Of a DNA stretch of 64,000 bases, positions 1 to 11,675 are shown piece by piece. A model generated the notes under the pieces. That model was not told the DNA's origin. It saw only the letters and a program-made list of their open reading frames with translations, and made no database searches. The position numbers and the translations under genes are program-made. This stretch comes from Magnetococcales bacterium. Lineage in GTDB: Bacteria; Pseudomonadota; Magnetococcia; Magnetococcales; UBA8363. The stretch is taken from positions 74,495 to 138,494 of the forward strand of contig JADGCV010000006.1 of the NCBI GenBank assembly GCA_015228815.1, in the 5' to 3' direction. Each line of letters begins with the position of its first letter. The first letter of the stretch is position 1.

Positions 1-1309
1 CGTAAAAGTCGCCGAACCGTCCCGCATGGCGCAGGGATTGAACCAGCTTCAGTTTTTCACGCGGACCAAAACGGTCGGGATAATCGAAAAAACGGTCGAT
101 CAGCGCCGCGGGCGCCAGACGGGTCAGCCAGGTCAGGGCAGAACGCATCCCAGGCGTCGAGAACAGGGGTTCATGCCGCTGCCGCAGCATCATCAATCGT
201 TGATGAAAATAACCATTGAAAATTTCGTCCGCTCCGTCCCCGGTCAGAACCACCGAAAGTTTTTTCTTCGCCTCCCTGGCCAAAATCCAGGAAGGAAGCG
301 ACAACAGGTCACCAAAGGGTTCATCCAGATGGTAGACCATCTCCGGCAATGTATGGAACAGATCCCCTTCAACCGTGATCGGATTGAATTCAAACCCCAA
401 GAAGTCGGCCACCTGTCGCGCCCGGGGATGCTCGTTGTAGCGGTAATCGAAGCCGACGGAAAAAGAAATTTTCTTGCCGCTCATCTGACGACTCATGGAC
501 GCAGCGACGGCGGCGGAATCGACGCCACCACTCAAGTAGAGTCCAAGCGGCACGTCGCTTTGCAACCGCAAGCGGACGGCATCATCGAACAATTCCTCGA
601 ACCGGTCCACCGTTTCGGGTCCATAACTTGAACCCGGCGACGGCGCGGGATGCCAATACCGGAAAATGCGGATCCGTCCCTCCCGCCGCACCAGCATGTG
701 CGCCGGTTGCAGTTTTTTGAACGATTTAAAAATGGTACGTGGCGCGGGCACATGGCGAAAGGCAAGGTAATGTTCCACCGCGACCGGATCCACCTCACGG
801 GTCATCCACGGAAAGCGCAACAAGGTATGCATTTCCGAGGCGAAAAGAAACCGTGGTCCCTGTTCACCATAATAAAACGGTTTTTTGCCAAACCGATCCA
901 CGGCCGCCACCAGTTGACCGGCGCGCCGGTCCCACAGGGCAAAGGCAAACATGCCGTTGACCCCGTCAAGCAACCGCTCTCCCAACTCTTCATAAAGGTG
1001 CAACAGCACCTCACAGTCGCTATCGGATACGAAACGATGCCCCCGTTCCTTCAACCCTGCCGTCAGTTGCCGGTAATTGTAGATTTCGCCGTTGGCGACC
1101 AAAACCAGGGATCCATCTTCGTTGAACAACGGTTGGTTGCCGGAACTGGACAGGTCGATGATGGTCAGACGCCGGTGTCCCAGGGCCATCCCTTCCTCGC
1201 GAAACGCACCCCCGGCATCGGGACCGCGATGGAAGAGGGCCTGGGTCATCGCCGCGAAAAGGGCAAAATCCTCATGATCGGGACTGAACAGCCCTGTTAT
1301 GCCACACAC
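1..1309 (-). CDS. asnB: Asparagine synthase (glutamine-hydrolysing), N-terminal ~436 aa; the C-terminus runs off the window edge
   Basis: Absent from the ORF track because it is edge-truncated. Minus-strand translation from GTG at 1309 reads (M)CGITGLFSPDHEDFALFAAMTQALFHRGPDAGGAF. This shows the Cys2 nucleophile and HRGPD motif of class II amidotransferase/AsnB. A GGAGG lies ~6 nt upstream. The start is 2 nt after the stop of the upstream ORF (1311). Confidence 0.85.
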   Translation of the reverse strand, partial: MCGITGLFSPDHEDFALFAAMTQALFHRGPDAGGAFREEGMALGHRRLTIIDLSSSGNQPLFNEDGSLVLVANGEIYNYRQLTAGLKERGHRFVSDSDCEVLLHLYEELGERLLDGVNGMFAFALWDRRAGQLVAAVDRFGKKPFYYGEQGPRFLFASEMHTLLRFPWMTREVDPVAVEHYLAFRHVPAPRTIFKSFKKLQPAHMLVRREGRIRIFRYWHPAPSPGSSYGPETVDRFEELFDDAVRLRLQSDVPLGLYLSGGVDSAAVAASMSRQMSGKKISFSVGFDYRYNEHPRARQVADFLGFEFNPITVEGDLFHTLPEMVYHLDEPFGDLLSLPSWILAREAKKKLSVVLTGDGADEIFNGYFHQRLMMLRQRHEPLFSTPGMRSALTWLTRLAPAALIDRFFDYPDRFGPREKLKLVQSLRHAGRFGDFY

Positions 1310-1310
1310 A

Positions 1311-3023
1311 TCACCCCTCCTTGGCCACCGCATGGACCAGGCGGACTTCCGCCAGGCGCCAGGCGCCATCCAGGACATAGACCTTTTCAAGGTCCAACCG
1401 TTCCAACAATTGTGGCAAATGGACGATATTCTCGCCAATGGACCGTTTTTCGATGAAGGAGTGATCCCGGGCTTCCAGAAAATGGATGCGGTTGCCGCGG
1501 AGCGGAGTTTTGAACAAAAGCCGGTCCCGGATGCATACCTTCCCTGCGGACAGCTTGAGACGTCGTTCCAGGGTCCAGGGAGCGGACCGCCCCCCCAGAT
1601 TGGCCGACGATTGATTGAGGGCGCTCCCCTTTCGCCGACGGATCCAATCAATCCCCTTGCGGGTCAGACGCGACCCCAGGGCGGTGGAAGAAGCCAGACG
1701 CAATACCAGACGCGCCATGAACGAAGGGATGAATTTCTTGACCCGGGGCAACGGGGCCAACACGAACGGCTGGCCCTGTTCCACCCCGAAATGCAGGTGA
1801 CGGTCATAGGTCATGTTGGTGGCCGAACCCCGGTCCAGATCGAGGGCGTAGCCAAAATCGGCGACCGAACCCAACGTATCGGGAGAAAACAATCGTGTCA
1901 CCCCCCCGGCGACCGCGGCAAAAATGCCGGAACCGGCGCCGACATGAAAACGGATCAGGGCCGAATCCTTGAACAGGACCGGTTCCGCCATCGGATCCTC
2001 CATCGAGGCCCCCCTGGCCAGGGGAACCGCCTCTCCTTCGGGAGGGGCTATGGTTTGGCGCCTTTGGTAATAATCATGGGCCAGAAGCGTTTGAAACGCC
2101 CAGCGCGGCAGGCGCAAATCATCACCCAGCGTATTGGCGAAGCCTTTGAATCCGGTTTCCATCCTTGCGAAACGGTGATAAAGCCAAGCCGCCTGCCGGG
2201 AATAAGGCGACAATAAAATCACGGCGATGCGGGAAAGATAGGGATTATGGCAGACGCCATATTCTTCACCGATCGTCAAATCGGGATGAACCCATTGGCA
2301 GGCGAATTCGAAAGCGCGGACAAAAGGGGCGATGGCCGACCAGTCGTTCCACAAATCCATGGCCATGGCGACGAATTCCACCGTCAGAAAGGTGTACCCC
2401 ACATCCATGTGCCCCACCTCGGGAAACCATCCTTCGGTGGTTTGCGTCCGGAGGATGGACTGAAGTTTGTCACGGGCATTTGCGGTCAGGGCGGCATCAT
2501 CCAGGACATGCCCCGCCCACGCCAGCGCCGCCACGCCGACCGCCTGGTGGTTGGTTTTGAACAAATCCTGCCGTCCCTTCAGCCAGTGCGCGGTCGCGGC
2601 CAGTTTTTCCCGGGCATGGCGCACCAGTTCCGGCGGCAATACCCCCCCCACCTCCGCCAGGGTACGGGCCACGGCATGACAGGAGAACGCAGCCGCGGCA
2701 AAAGCCCGCTCTCCCTTGTACCATTCGTCCATGGAACCATCGCCATACTGGTTGGCGCACCAGAAACCAAGCTGTGCCGCCACGGTCGCCAACAGTTGCG
2801 GATCCCCTCGCCATGGAGAACCGGGATATTCCCGGACATACAGCAGGGCCAAAGGCAGCATCGCCTCCTGACGACGCATGTCGGAAATCTCCGAGGTCTT
2901 GTCGCGCCAATAGGCCAGATGCATCGACCCCCACGTCGGCGAAAGGGGATCACGATCCATCTGCCCCATCAATCGCGGTACCGCCCGATAAAGAAATTCG
3001 AGGGGCTGCCTCAGGTCCTTCAT
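1311..3023 (-). CDS. Conserved hypothetical protein (~570 aa) in a glycan-modification operon; family not recognised
   Basis: ORF track gives 1311..3296. I prefer the ATG at 3023 (MKDLRQPLEFLYRAV...) because it forms an ATGA overlap with the stop of the upstream GT2 gene (3020). The long open frame sits between asnB and GT2. I see no motif I can name. Confidence 0.6.
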   Translation of the reverse strand: MKDLRQPLEFLYRAVPRLMGQMDRDPLSPTWGSMHLAYWRDKTSEISDMRRQEAMLPLALLYVREYPGSPWRGDPQLLATVAAQLGFWCANQYGDGSMDEWYKGERAFAAAAFSCHAVARTLAEVGGVLPPELVRHAREKLAATAHWLKGRQDLFKTNHQAVGVAALAWAGHVLDDAALTANARDKLQSILRTQTTEGWFPEVGHMDVGYTFLTVEFVAMAMDLWNDWSAIAPFVRAFEFACQWVHPDLTIGEEYGVCHNPYLSRIAVILLSPYSRQAAWLYHRFARMETGFKGFANTLGDDLRLPRWAFQTLLAHDYYQRRQTIAPPEGEAVPLARGASMEDPMAEPVLFKDSALIRFHVGAGSGIFAAVAGGVTRLFSPDTLGSVADFGYALDLDRGSATNMTYDRHLHFGVEQGQPFVLAPLPRVKKFIPSFMARLVLRLASSTALGSRLTRKGIDWIRRRKGSALNQSSANLGGRSAPWTLERRLKLSAGKVCIRDRLLFKTPLRGNRIHFLEARDHSFIEKRSIGENIVHLPQLLERLDLEKVYVLDGAWRLAEVRLVHAVAKEG

Positions 3024-4060
3024 GAACCGGGCGCTCCAGGTTCCACCGCGGAGGAAACAGGCGGGTTGCACTTTTCCCCGGAATCGAACCCCTCGACACA
3101 GCGAATGGGCTTTTGCCCGGCATGGCCCAGATGGAGGTAGAACGTCAATTCTCCCAGCAATCCAAACGCGAGAAACATGAACCCGACCACCATCATGAAC
3201 GGAGAAAGCAACCAGATGGGATGGGATTGCAGCAGACCTTCCTGATGCCCCATCAAAAAGGAAACAAAATGCATCAGCATGAACACACCGCCCCAAAAGA
3301 TGGAAAACACGATGCAGATCATGCTATAGGCACCAAAGAAATAGAGCGGCGACTGCACATATCGGGTCAGGAAAAACACCGTGAGAAAATCCATGAGTCC
3401 GGTAAACATGCGGCTGGTACCAAACTTGGAACGACCAAAACGCCGTGGCGCATGTTCGATGGGCACCTCGCCGACGCGATAACCCCGATTGGCCATAAGC
3501 ACCAGGATATAACGATGCAACTGGCCATACAACGGCAATTCCTGCAAGCATTCCCGGCGGATCAACTTGAACCCGCAATTGAAATCCCGGATGGGAATCT
3601 TGGAAAACCGGCGCACGATGCGATTGAAAAGACGCGAGGGAAGGGTCTTGGTCAACGGATCCTGGCGATTGAACTTCCATCCCGTCACCACATCCAGATT
3701 TTGTTCTCTCATGGCTTGGAGAAGTTTGGGGATCTCTTCCGGTTGATCCTGAAGATCGGTGTCCATCATCACGACCAGTTCATGTTGCGCCAACCCGAAA
3801 CCCGCCTTCAAGGCATTGGATTTTCCCTGGTTGATCCGGAAATGGACTGCCTTCACGATCCCCGGATGCGCCCGCACCAGTTGGCTGATGATCTCGGTAG
3901 AACCATCATGACTGCCATCGTTGATGAAAATCACCTCATGCGGTCCAATATCGTCGAGCACGGGCAACAGCCGCGCCACCAGGGGATCGAGGGTCTGGGC
4001 TTCGTTGAAAACCGGAAGTACGACACTGATCCTGGTTTCTTTCAGTTCAGAGTCTGACAT
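3020..4060 (-). CDS. Family 2 glycosyltransferase with C-terminal transmembrane helices (polyprenyl-phosphate sugar transferase-like, GtrB/ArnC/DPM1 type)
   Basis: ISVVLPVFNEAQTLDPL...IFINDGSHDGS...MMDTDLQDQPEEIPKLL matches the GT2 DXD-type core, followed by hydrophobic C-terminal segments. An AAGGA lies upstream of the ATGs at 4066/4060. The ORF-track start at 4135 is probably too long. Confidence 0.8.
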   Translation of the reverse strand: MSDSELKETRISVVLPVFNEAQTLDPLVARLLPVLDDIGPHEVIFINDGSHDGSTEIISQLVRAHPGIVKAVHFRINQGKSNALKAGFGLAQHELVVMMDTDLQDQPEEIPKLLQAMREQNLDVVTGWKFNRQDPLTKTLPSRLFNRIVRRFSKIPIRDFNCGFKLIRRECLQELPLYGQLHRYILVLMANRGYRVGEVPIEHAPRRFGRSKFGTSRMFTGLMDFLTVFFLTRYVQSPLYFFGAYSMICIVFSIFWGGVFMLMHFVSFLMGHQEGLLQSHPIWLLSPFMMVVGFMFLAFGLLGELTFYLHLGHAGQKPIRCVEGFDSGEKCNPPVSSAVEPGAPGS

Positions 4061-4236
4061 ATTCATTCCTTGGGGAACCGATGAACGATGAAGTCCGTCT
4101 TGACAATCACGCTCCGTTACGGATTTCCCCGACATGGGGAGGCCAGGAACCAGAAAATATATGAACGATCAAAAAAACACCAAGGAAGGAAACCATGACG
4201 GAACAATACAGGAAAAAACAACAACCCCACCAAATT

Positions 4237-5232
4237 TCACGTTCCTGGACGGGAAAGCTGGACGTTGACCATCATGCCCAGATGCCGATCAATCATACGG
4301 TACAGGAAACGCGGCATGACCTTGTGCAGGTGAATCGGGCCAAGATAGAGAAATCTGAATGGGAAGTGACTGCGGGACATACGTTCGATACGAAAACTGG
4401 AAAACAATTGCCGCAATTCCTCGTTGGTATAAAAACGTCCGATGGGATTGGTCGGACCATCCATGAATCGATAAAATTGCTCGTAATCTTCAGTATGCTG
4501 AATACCATCGCGTTTGGCCGGGGCCTTGAGCAGAAGGCGCAAGAAAAAGGTGGCGATGGGAAACAAAACCGGATTGAAGAAGAACAGCTTTCCATACAGG
4601 CTGATAAAGGCCGTGCCACCCGGCTTGATGACCCGCCACGCTTCCGCGACTCCTTTCTCCGTGTCCGGAATGTGGTGCAACACGCCAATGGAGGTGACCC
4701 GGTCAATGACCCCGGTCTGGAAAGGAAGATATTGGGCATCGGCCATGATCGCCATTCCGTTGGCAAGCCCATAGGTACGCAAGGCTTCCCGGGTGCTGAT
4801 GGCGGCCTTTTCGGTAAAATCGACCCCCATCGAAAAAGCCCCATGCTTGGCCGCTTGTTTGACCACCCATCCAGAGCCGGAACCAATATCCAAGGTAACC
4901 AACCCGTGAAGGCTCGCAAAACGGTATTCATCCATGCAGAACATGTCCACCTCTTCCTGGCGCCACACATCCTGGGCCTCATAATATTCCCTGGAATAAA
5001 GGGGATTGGTGGCCTCATATTGAAAATGAGGGCTGTCCTCCCAATGTTCCTTGGCCTGGGCCAGCAAAGAATCGTCCACCGTGAGAAAGCGGGGAATGTC
5101 GTCGATGATGGGATAGTCTCGCCGACATGAATCGCAGGAATAACGCCTGCTCTGTGGCGTGTCAACCAGGGTCAACGTTCCCTTGCATTGTGGACACGCG
5201 ATCCATTGGGTGACTTTTTGAAAATCGAACAT
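4237..5232 (-). CDS. Class I SAM-dependent methyltransferase with an N-terminal Trm112-like zinc ribbon
   Basis: CPQCKGTL...CDSCRRDYPIIDDIPRF is a zinc ribbon. VTLDIGSGSGW is a SAM-binding glycine-rich motif. The preferred start MFDFQKV at 5232 has an AAAGG upstream. The ORF-track start is 5340. Confidence 0.75.
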   Translation of the reverse strand: MFDFQKVTQWIACPQCKGTLTLVDTPQSRRYSCDSCRRDYPIIDDIPRFLTVDDSLLAQAKEHWEDSPHFQYEATNPLYSREYYEAQDVWRQEEVDMFCMDEYRFASLHGLVTLDIGSGSGWVVKQAAKHGAFSMGVDFTEKAAISTREALRTYGLANGMAIMADAQYLPFQTGVIDRVTSIGVLHHIPDTEKGVAEAWRVIKPGGTAFISLYGKLFFFNPVLFPIATFFLRLLLKAPAKRDGIQHTEDYEQFYRFMDGPTNPIGRFYTNEELRQLFSSFRIERMSRSHFPFRFLYLGPIHLHKVMPRFLYRMIDRHLGMMVNVQLSRPGT

Positions 5233-5398
5233 ACCATTACCTTTCGACGGACCCGGAGAGGTAGGTGAACCAGTTCTTTGATCAACGGTATTCCTGTAAA
5301 AAGGCAGAACATCATTTTTTCGGAAGATCTTACTTGGCAATACTTCCCATACTCCTGGGAAATGGATTCGTTGTCAACTTCTTCAAACACCGTTCGGA

Positions 5399-6277
5399 TC
5401 AATTTTCGGTCTGCCCCATGGCATCCGGGTCCCAGGATTTGATCACCGGAACCGCCAGGCCCAGTTTGGCGACCCGCTCGCTCATCCGCCGGGCTTCATC
5501 CTTGGAAACATAGGGACCAAAAAACACCTTCTTGACCGGCATGTCCGCCTCGATCTTGACCATGCGCAACGGTTTGACCCCCAGGGTCTGCGCCTTTTCC
5601 ATGTCATGAACCGCAAACCCCAGCAGCAACGACCGACTCAAGGAAAGAATGAATCCTTCCCAGGTCTCCTCCACCGCGACATCATATCCATTGCTCTTGA
5701 GGACCGTCTCCATGACCTTGGCATCCTCCAACCGGGAGTACGGTCCCGCCTGCACATTGTTCAATCGGACACTCTCCTCCTTCACACCCACCCGCGGTTC
5801 GAGTCCATTCTCCCGCATGCGGGTCAGGAGGCTCTCCATCCCCATCTCCAGAACAAAACTGCCCACCTGAACGACATAACGTCCATGTTCTTCATCGACT
5901 CTGGCGACCACTTTCTTTTCGGGCCTGGCAGTCTCCGCGGGAGGCGGCGTCACCGGTGGTTCTTTTTTTTCGTCCTTCACCGGGGGAACGGGTACCGGCT
6001 CCAAAACCTTCACCTCCGGTTTTGGTTTTTCCATGGCCGGCCTGGCCGCGACAGTCGCCTTGGCCGCATCCTTTCCGACCGGTTCACCAATGACCCGGGC
6101 CGTGGCAATGTCCGGCAGAGGATACCGTTTTCCAGGCATCAGGGGACCCGACCAGACCTCCGTATCGGGCGTTGACGATAAAATCAGTTTGCTGAAGTAG
6201 CCCAGATTACCCATCAACAGCAACAAGGCCATCGTCCAGGCAAACAATCCCATGATTCCGGAAACACGAGAAGACAC
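5399..6277 (-). CDS. SPOR-domain (septal peptidoglycan-binding) membrane protein with a Pro/Lys-rich linker
   Basis: The protein has an N-terminal hydrophobic anchor (MGLFAWTMALLLLMG) and a PEVKVLEPVPVPPVKDEKKEPPVTPPP linker. Repeated SPOR-like segments are present (YVVQVGSF..., VQAGPYSRLEDAKVM, FFGPYVSKDEARRM). Confidence 0.7.
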   Translation of the reverse strand: MSSRVSGIMGLFAWTMALLLLMGNLGYFSKLILSSTPDTEVWSGPLMPGKRYPLPDIATARVIGEPVGKDAAKATVAARPAMEKPKPEVKVLEPVPVPPVKDEKKEPPVTPPPAETARPEKKVVARVDEEHGRYVVQVGSFVLEMGMESLLTRMRENGLEPRVGVKEESVRLNNVQAGPYSRLEDAKVMETVLKSNGYDVAVEETWEGFILSLSRSLLLGFAVHDMEKAQTLGVKPLRMVKIEADMPVKKVFFGPYVSKDEARRMSERVAKLGLAVPVIKSWDPDAMGQTEN

Positions 6278-6288
6278 GCTGACTTCCT

Positions 6289-7056
6289 TTAACAGTTCCG
6301 CTCGTACAGCAGTCGCAGACCGTTCAACGTCAAAAATTCATCGACCATCTCCACCCGCTTGCTCTCGGTCGCCATCAAACGCGCCAGCCCACCCGTGGCA
6401 ATCACCCGGACGGGCGCATATCCCGATTCCTCGATCATCCGGTCGATCAATCCATCGACCAACCCCACATAGCCCCAGAACAATCCCGACTGCATCGATC
6501 CGACCGTATCCCTGCCGACGACCACCTTGGGTTTGGCCAGCTCGATCCGGGGCAGTTTTGCCGTTTTCTCCGACAACGCATCCATCGACAGCCCCAATCC
6601 CGGCGCGATCGCCCCCCCCATGTAATCGCCGTTCGGACCCACCAGATCGAATGTCGTCGCCGTCCCGAAATCGACGACGATCGCCGCCGCCTTCAGGGAA
6701 TCGAACGCCGCCACCGCATTGACGATGCGATCCGCTCCCACCTCGCGCGGATTGTTGTAGCGTATGGTCATCCCCGTCTTGATGCCCGGCCCCACGATCA
6801 TCGGATGAATATTCAGATACCGCTTCAACGCCCGCACCAGGGCCGATTGGATCGGAGGGACGACACTCGCCAGAATGACGGCCTTCACCTCCCGCGCCGG
6901 CAGGTCGGTCAGATGAAACAGGTTGACGATCAGAATGCCATATTCATCCCCCGTCTGCGCCACCCGCGTCGCCAGACGCCAATGACGGATCAGGTTTTCC
7001 CCCTCGTAGACACCAAGGACCACATTGGTATTGCCAACGTCGATGACAAGTAGCAT
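6289..7056 (-). CDS. coaX: Type III pantothenate kinase
   Basis: [19 protein letters not shown]...DFGTATTFD...IATGG is the CoaX signature. The gene is adjacent to birA, as in many bacteria. An alternative start lies at 7089. Confidence 0.85.
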   Translation of the reverse strand: MLLVIDVGNTNVVLGVYEGENLIRHWRLATRVAQTGDEYGILIVNLFHLTDLPAREVKAVILASVVPPIQSALVRALKRYLNIHPMIVGPGIKTGMTIRYNNPREVGADRIVNAVAAFDSLKAAAIVVDFGTATTFDLVGPNGDYMGGAIAPGLGLSMDALSEKTAKLPRIELAKPKVVVGRDTVGSMQSGLFWGYVGLVDGLIDRMIEESGYAPVRVIATGGLARLMATESKRVEMVDEFLTLNGLRLLYERNC

Positions 7057-7072
7057 ATTTTTGGTTTTTTCC

Positions 7073-8068
7073 CTATAGGGGCATGACATCGCCCGCGATC
7101 ACCCGAGTCGGACGCTCATCCCCCGAACGCTGGACGAGCAGAAATCCTTCCGAATCCATATCCACTGCCCTGCCCGAAAACTGCTCTGCAATCAGATTGA
7201 CCCGGACCTCCTTGCCACGAATCCCCGACCGTTCGATCCAGGCCTCCCGAATCGCGCCGAACCCATGGTTTAAATAATGCCCATACCATTGTTCGAACCT
7301 GAAAAGAAAATCGGCCAACAACGGGGCGCGCTTGATCGTTTTTTGTGAATGATCATGAATCGAACGGGCAATGAGCCCGATCTGGGGTGAAAAAACGGGA
7401 CTCCCGGCATTGACATTCAACCCGACCCCGACGACCACATGATGCACCCGGCCCTCTTCGGCAGCCATTTCGGTCAGAATGCCCGCCAGTTTTCCGCCCC
7501 CGAGCAACAGGTCGTTGGGCCATTTGATCTCCACCCCCTGGACCCCCGCCGCCGTGACCGTTTCGGCAAGCGCCAATCCCGAGATCAGGGTCATCTGTGC
7601 CGTATGACGCGGTTCGACCTCGGGTCGCAGGATCATCGAAAAATAAAGATTCACCCCCGCCGGCGATTCCCACACCCGTCCCAACCGGCCACGGCCATGG
7701 GTCTGGCGGTCGGCGACGACCACCGTCCCCTCCGGCGCCCCCGCCAACGCCATCCGCGCCGCCTGGACGTTGGTGGAATCGGTCTCGGGCAGATAATGAT
7801 AGCGCTCCCCCCGGAACATCGTCCCACGCAACAACCCACCGATCATTTCCCGGGTCAGGGTATCCGGAACATCGTTCAACATATAGCCCTTTCCCGCCAT
7901 CGACAATACCGTGAACCCCGTCCGACGCAATACCTCGATCCGTTTCCAGACCGCCGCCCGGCTGATCCCCAGCCTTCGTCCGATTTCAGCGCCCGAAAGA
8001 GGCCGATCCATGTGGCGGCGCAATAAGGTCAACAGATCGGTATCACATCGTGACGAGGAGAGAGACAT
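7073..8068 (-). CDS. birA: Bifunctional biotin-[acetyl-CoA-carboxylase] ligase / biotin operon repressor
   Basis: An N-terminal wHTH is present ([29 protein letters not shown]). The ligase core shows [12 protein letters not shown] and KWPNDLL. Preferred start is MSLSSS at 8068; the ORF-track start is 8101. Confidence 0.85.
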   Translation of the reverse strand: MSLSSSRCDTDLLTLLRRHMDRPLSGAEIGRRLGISRAAVWKRIEVLRRTGFTVLSMAGKGYMLNDVPDTLTREMIGGLLRGTMFRGERYHYLPETDSTNVQAARMALAGAPEGTVVVADRQTHGRGRLGRVWESPAGVNLYFSMILRPEVEPRHTAQMTLISGLALAETVTAAGVQGVEIKWPNDLLLGGGKLAGILTEMAAEEGRVHHVVVGVGLNVNAGSPVFSPQIGLIARSIHDHSQKTIKRAPLLADFLFRFEQWYGHYLNHGFGAIREAWIERSGIRGKEVRVNLIAEQFSGRAVDMDSEGFLLVQRSGDERPTRVIAGDVMPL

Positions 8069-8876
8069 CCTTGCTGCCCGCGCTGTGGGTGATGGCGCCA
8101 ATGGAAATCAAATCGACGCCCGTTTGCGCGACCGCGCGGACATTGGACAACGTTATATTGCCACTCGCTTCCAACAACGCCTTCCCCCCGGCAATGGCCA
8201 CTGCCTTCTCCAGGGTTTCCAGATTCATGTTGTCCAGCAGAATGATCCGCGCCCCCGCGTCCAGGGCCTCCCGCAATTGATCCAGGGTTTCGACCTCGAT
8301 CTCGACCCCATGCAGATGACTGACCGCCTCGTAGGCTTTTTTGAGCGCCATGGAGATGCCACCCGCCAGGGCGATATGGTTTTCCTTGATCAATACCCCA
8401 TCATCCAGGCCAAACCGATGATTGTAACCGCCACCGATGCGCACCGCATATTTCTGCAACAGCCGCAATCCCGGCGTCGTCTTGCGCGTGTCGCAAATCC
8501 GCGCCCGGGTCCCCTCGACCTGCTCCACATATCGCCGCGTCAAGGTTGCCACCGCCGACAGGTTCTGGAAAAAATTAAGCGCCACCCGCTCCCCGGCAAG
8601 GATTCCCCGGGCCGGGCCATGAATGGTGCAAATCCGGTTTCCTGCCAGGACGCCCTCGCCATCGGGCCGTTCCGGCAGGATCCGAATTCGCGGATCGACC
8701 GCGCGAAAGACCTCCGAAATCACCGGCAGACCACAGACCACCATGTCTTCCTTGGCAACCAGCTCCGCTTCCGCCTTCTGACCCGGGGAAACCAACGCAT
8801 TCGTCGTAATATCTCCCCGGCCAAGATCCTGACTCAGGGCAATGGTGACGATGTCCAACCAGGGAGGATTCATCAT
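8043..8876 (-). CDS. nadC: Nicotinate-nucleotide pyrophosphorylase (quinolinate phosphoribosyltransferase)
   Basis: DITTNALV...ICDTRKTTPGLR...GGGYNHRFGLDDGVLIKENH...LLDNM are NadC motifs across the full length. Confidence 0.9.
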   Translation of the reverse strand: MMNPPWLDIVTIALSQDLGRGDITTNALVSPGQKAEAELVAKEDMVVCGLPVISEVFRAVDPRIRILPERPDGEGVLAGNRICTIHGPARGILAGERVALNFFQNLSAVATLTRRYVEQVEGTRARICDTRKTTPGLRLLQKYAVRIGGGYNHRFGLDDGVLIKENHIALAGGISMALKKAYEAVSHLHGVEIEVETLDQLREALDAGARIILLDNMNLETLEKAVAIAGGKALLEASGNITLSNVRAVAQTGVDLISIGAITHSAGSKDVSLLVTM

Positions 8877-8879
8877 GTC

Positions 8880-11675
8880 TTAACTCCGCATCCGTTCCAG
8901 GCGCCGCAGCGCCTCCTTCATTTCATGGATTTTTTCCTTGAGTTCCCCTTCCTTGGCCCGTTCCTTCGTTACGACCTCGGGGTTTGCCCGCGACAGGAAC
9001 GAAGGGTTGGCCAATTTTTTCTCGACCTGCTCCAAATCCCGTGCCAGTTTCTCCGATCCCTTCAGTAAACGCGCCATTTCCGCATCGACATCCATCAACC
9101 CCGCCAATGGAATGTAAAGACGCAGATCTCCCACGACCCCGGTCGCGTTTTCCCCCTCGGGAACCTCATTCTCCCGCGTCCATCGGTCGATTCGCGCCAA
9201 CACCGAAATGATGCGCTCATGCCGCTTCAAGCGTTGGATGATCGACTCCTCCCCCAGGACCACCAGCGGCAGCCCCTTGCCCGGCGGCAATTCCAGTTCG
9301 GCGCGTATCGTCCGAACCGTCGTCACCACTTCGATCACCCAATCCATTTCCCGCTCGATGGCCTCTTCCTCGGCATCAAGCCCTTCCGCCTCGGGCCACG
9401 AAGCCAACATGATCGAACTCCCGGCACATCCGGCCCTCGAAGCCACCCGCAACCAGAGTTCCTCGGTAATGAACGGCATCAGGGGATGCAACAGGCGCAA
9501 TGACGTTTCCAACACCTCCAGCATGGTCGAACGGGTCATGTCCCGGGTCTCTTCCGCGATCCCATCGCCATACAGGACCGGCTTGACCATCTCCAGGTAC
9601 CAGTCACAATAGACACCCCACAAAAATTGATAGATATGGTGGGCATAATCGTTGAAACGGTACTCCTCGATCGCCCGGCGGACCGCTTCGGTCACCCGTT
9701 TCAACCGCGCCCTGATCCATCGGTCGGGGATGGAGGCAACCCCTGCCACAACCAGGACCCGTTCGCTTCCCTCGTGCGAATTCATCAACACAAACCGGCT
9801 CGCGTTCCACAATTTATTACAAAAATTGCGGTATCCTTCAATCCGGCCAAGATCAAACTTGATGTCCCGTCCCTGGGTCGCGAGACTGGCCATCGTGAAG
9901 CGCAACGCATCGGCGCCGTAGGGAGGAATCCCCCGAGGAAATTCCCGACGGGTCGCCTTTTCGATCCGTTCGGCCAGATGCGGCTGCATCATGTCCCGCG
10001 TCCTCTTGGCCACCAGCGACTCCAGATCGATCCCGTCGATCAGGTCCAGGGGATCCAGAATGTTCCCCTTGGACTTGCTCATCTTGTTGCCCTCCGCATC
10101 GCGGATCAACCCGGTGATGTAGACGTCACGAAAAGGAACCTCTTCGGTAAATTCCAGCCCCATCATGATCATCCGGGCGACCCAGAAAAAAATGATGTCA
10201 AATCCGGTGACCAGGCAGTTGGTCGGGTAGAACGTCTTGAGTTCCTCCGTCGCCCCAGGCCATCCCAGGGTCGAAAACGGCCAGAGCGCCGATGAAAACC
10301 AGGTATCCAACACGTCCGGGTCACGTTCCAGATGCACCGGCGATCCATAGTGTTCCGCCGCCAGTTCATAGACCGTCTCTTCGCAATTGCACACGAACAG
10401 ATGACCATCGGGGCCATACCAGGCGGGAATGCGATGCCCCCACCAGATCTGACGCGATATGCACCAGTCCTGAATGTTGCGCATCCATTCGAAGTAGGTT
10501 TTCTCCCAGTGGGCCGGAACCAGCCGGATCCGCCCCTCCTCCACCGCCGCGATCGCCTTTTGCGCCAACGGCGCCACCCGGACAAACCATTGATCGGTCA
10601 ACAACGGTTCGATCACCGATCGCGACCGGTCCCCCCGGGGAACCATGAGTTCATGCGGTTCCACTTTTTCCAGCAATCCCAGCGATTCCAGATCGGCGAC
10701 CACCCGGCGACGCGCTTCATATCGATCCAGTCCACGATAGACCTCGGGGGCGTTTTCGTTGATCGTGGCATCGGCGGCCAAGACACTGATCACCGGCAAA
10801 TGATGACGTTCACCGATGGCATGGTCGTTGAAATCGTGGCCGGGGGTGATCTTGACGCACCCGGACCCGAATTCGGGATCGACATGGTCATCGGCAATGA
10901 TCGGAATCAGACGACCGGTCAATGGCAACGTCACCATGGCACCGACCAACCCTTTGTAGCGCTCATCCTCCGGATGAACCGCCACCGCCGTATCCCCCAG
11001 CATCGTCTCCGGACGGGTCGTCGCCACCACCAAAAATCCCGAACCATCCGCCAGAGGATAGCGCAAATGCCACAGATGGCCCGCCTCCTTCTCCGACAAC
11101 ACCTCCAGATCCGATACCGCCGTCCGCAACACCGGATCCCAATTGACCAACCTTTTTCCCCGATAGATCAAACCCGCTTCATACAGACGGACAAAAACCT
11201 CGGTAACCGCATGCGACAGCTCCCGATCCATGGTAAACCGTTCGCGGCTCCAGTCGCAGGATGCCCCCAACCGGCGCAGTTGACCGACAATCGTCCCCCC
11301 CGATTGCCCCTTCCACTGCCACACCCGCGCCTCGAAGGCCTCGCGCCCCAGATCATGCCGGCTCTTTCCCTCCGCCTCCAGTTGCCGCTCCACCACCATC
11401 TGGGTGGCAATCCCGGCATGGTCGGTCCCTGGCTGCCACAGCGTCCGGTCCCCCCGCATCCGATGATAACGGGTCAGGGCATCCATGATGGTGTCCTGAA
11501 AAGCATGCCCCATGTGCAGGCTTCCCGTCACGTTCGGTGGCGGAATCATGATGCAATAGGGGGCTCCCCGCCCATTCAGGTCGGGAGTGAAATACCCCCG
11601 CTCCTCCCATATCCGATAAAGCCGCTTCTCGACACCCGAGGGATCATACGTCTTTGAAAGTTCCGATTCCGACAT
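8880..11675 (-). CDS. valS: Valyl-tRNA synthetase
   Basis: The 931-aa protein carries [14 protein letters not shown] (HIGH) and KMSKSKGN (KMSKS). It has the ValS editing domain and a C-terminal coiled coil. Confidence 0.95.
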   Translation of the reverse strand: MSESELSKTYDPSGVEKRLYRIWEERGYFTPDLNGRGAPYCIMIPPPNVTGSLHMGHAFQDTIMDALTRYHRMRGDRTLWQPGTDHAGIATQMVVERQLEAEGKSRHDLGREAFEARVWQWKGQSGGTIVGQLRRLGASCDWSRERFTMDRELSHAVTEVFVRLYEAGLIYRGKRLVNWDPVLRTAVSDLEVLSEKEAGHLWHLRYPLADGSGFLVVATTRPETMLGDTAVAVHPEDERYKGLVGAMVTLPLTGRLIPIIADDHVDPEFGSGCVKITPGHDFNDHAIGERHHLPVISVLAADATINENAPEVYRGLDRYEARRRVVADLESLGLLEKVEPHELMVPRGDRSRSVIEPLLTDQWFVRVAPLAQKAIAAVEEGRIRLVPAHWEKTYFEWMRNIQDWCISRQIWWGHRIPAWYGPDGHLFVCNCEETVYELAAEHYGSPVHLERDPDVLDTWFSSALWPFSTLGWPGATEELKTFYPTNCLVTGFDIIFFWVARMIMMGLEFTEEVPFRDVYITGLIRDAEGNKMSKSKGNILDPLDLIDGIDLESLVAKRTRDMMQPHLAERIEKATRREFPRGIPPYGADALRFTMASLATQGRDIKFDLGRIEGYRNFCNKLWNASRFVLMNSHEGSERVLVVAGVASIPDRWIRARLKRVTEAVRRAIEEYRFNDYAHHIYQFLWGVYCDWYLEMVKPVLYGDGIAEETRDMTRSTMLEVLETSLRLLHPLMPFITEELWLRVASRAGCAGSSIMLASWPEAEGLDAEEEAIEREMDWVIEVVTTVRTIRAELELPPGKGLPLVVLGEESIIQRLKRHERIISVLARIDRWTRENEVPEGENATGVVGDLRLYIPLAGLMDVDAEMARLLKGSEKLARDLEQVEKKLANPSFLSRANPEVVTKERAKEGELKEKIHEMKEALRRLERMRS

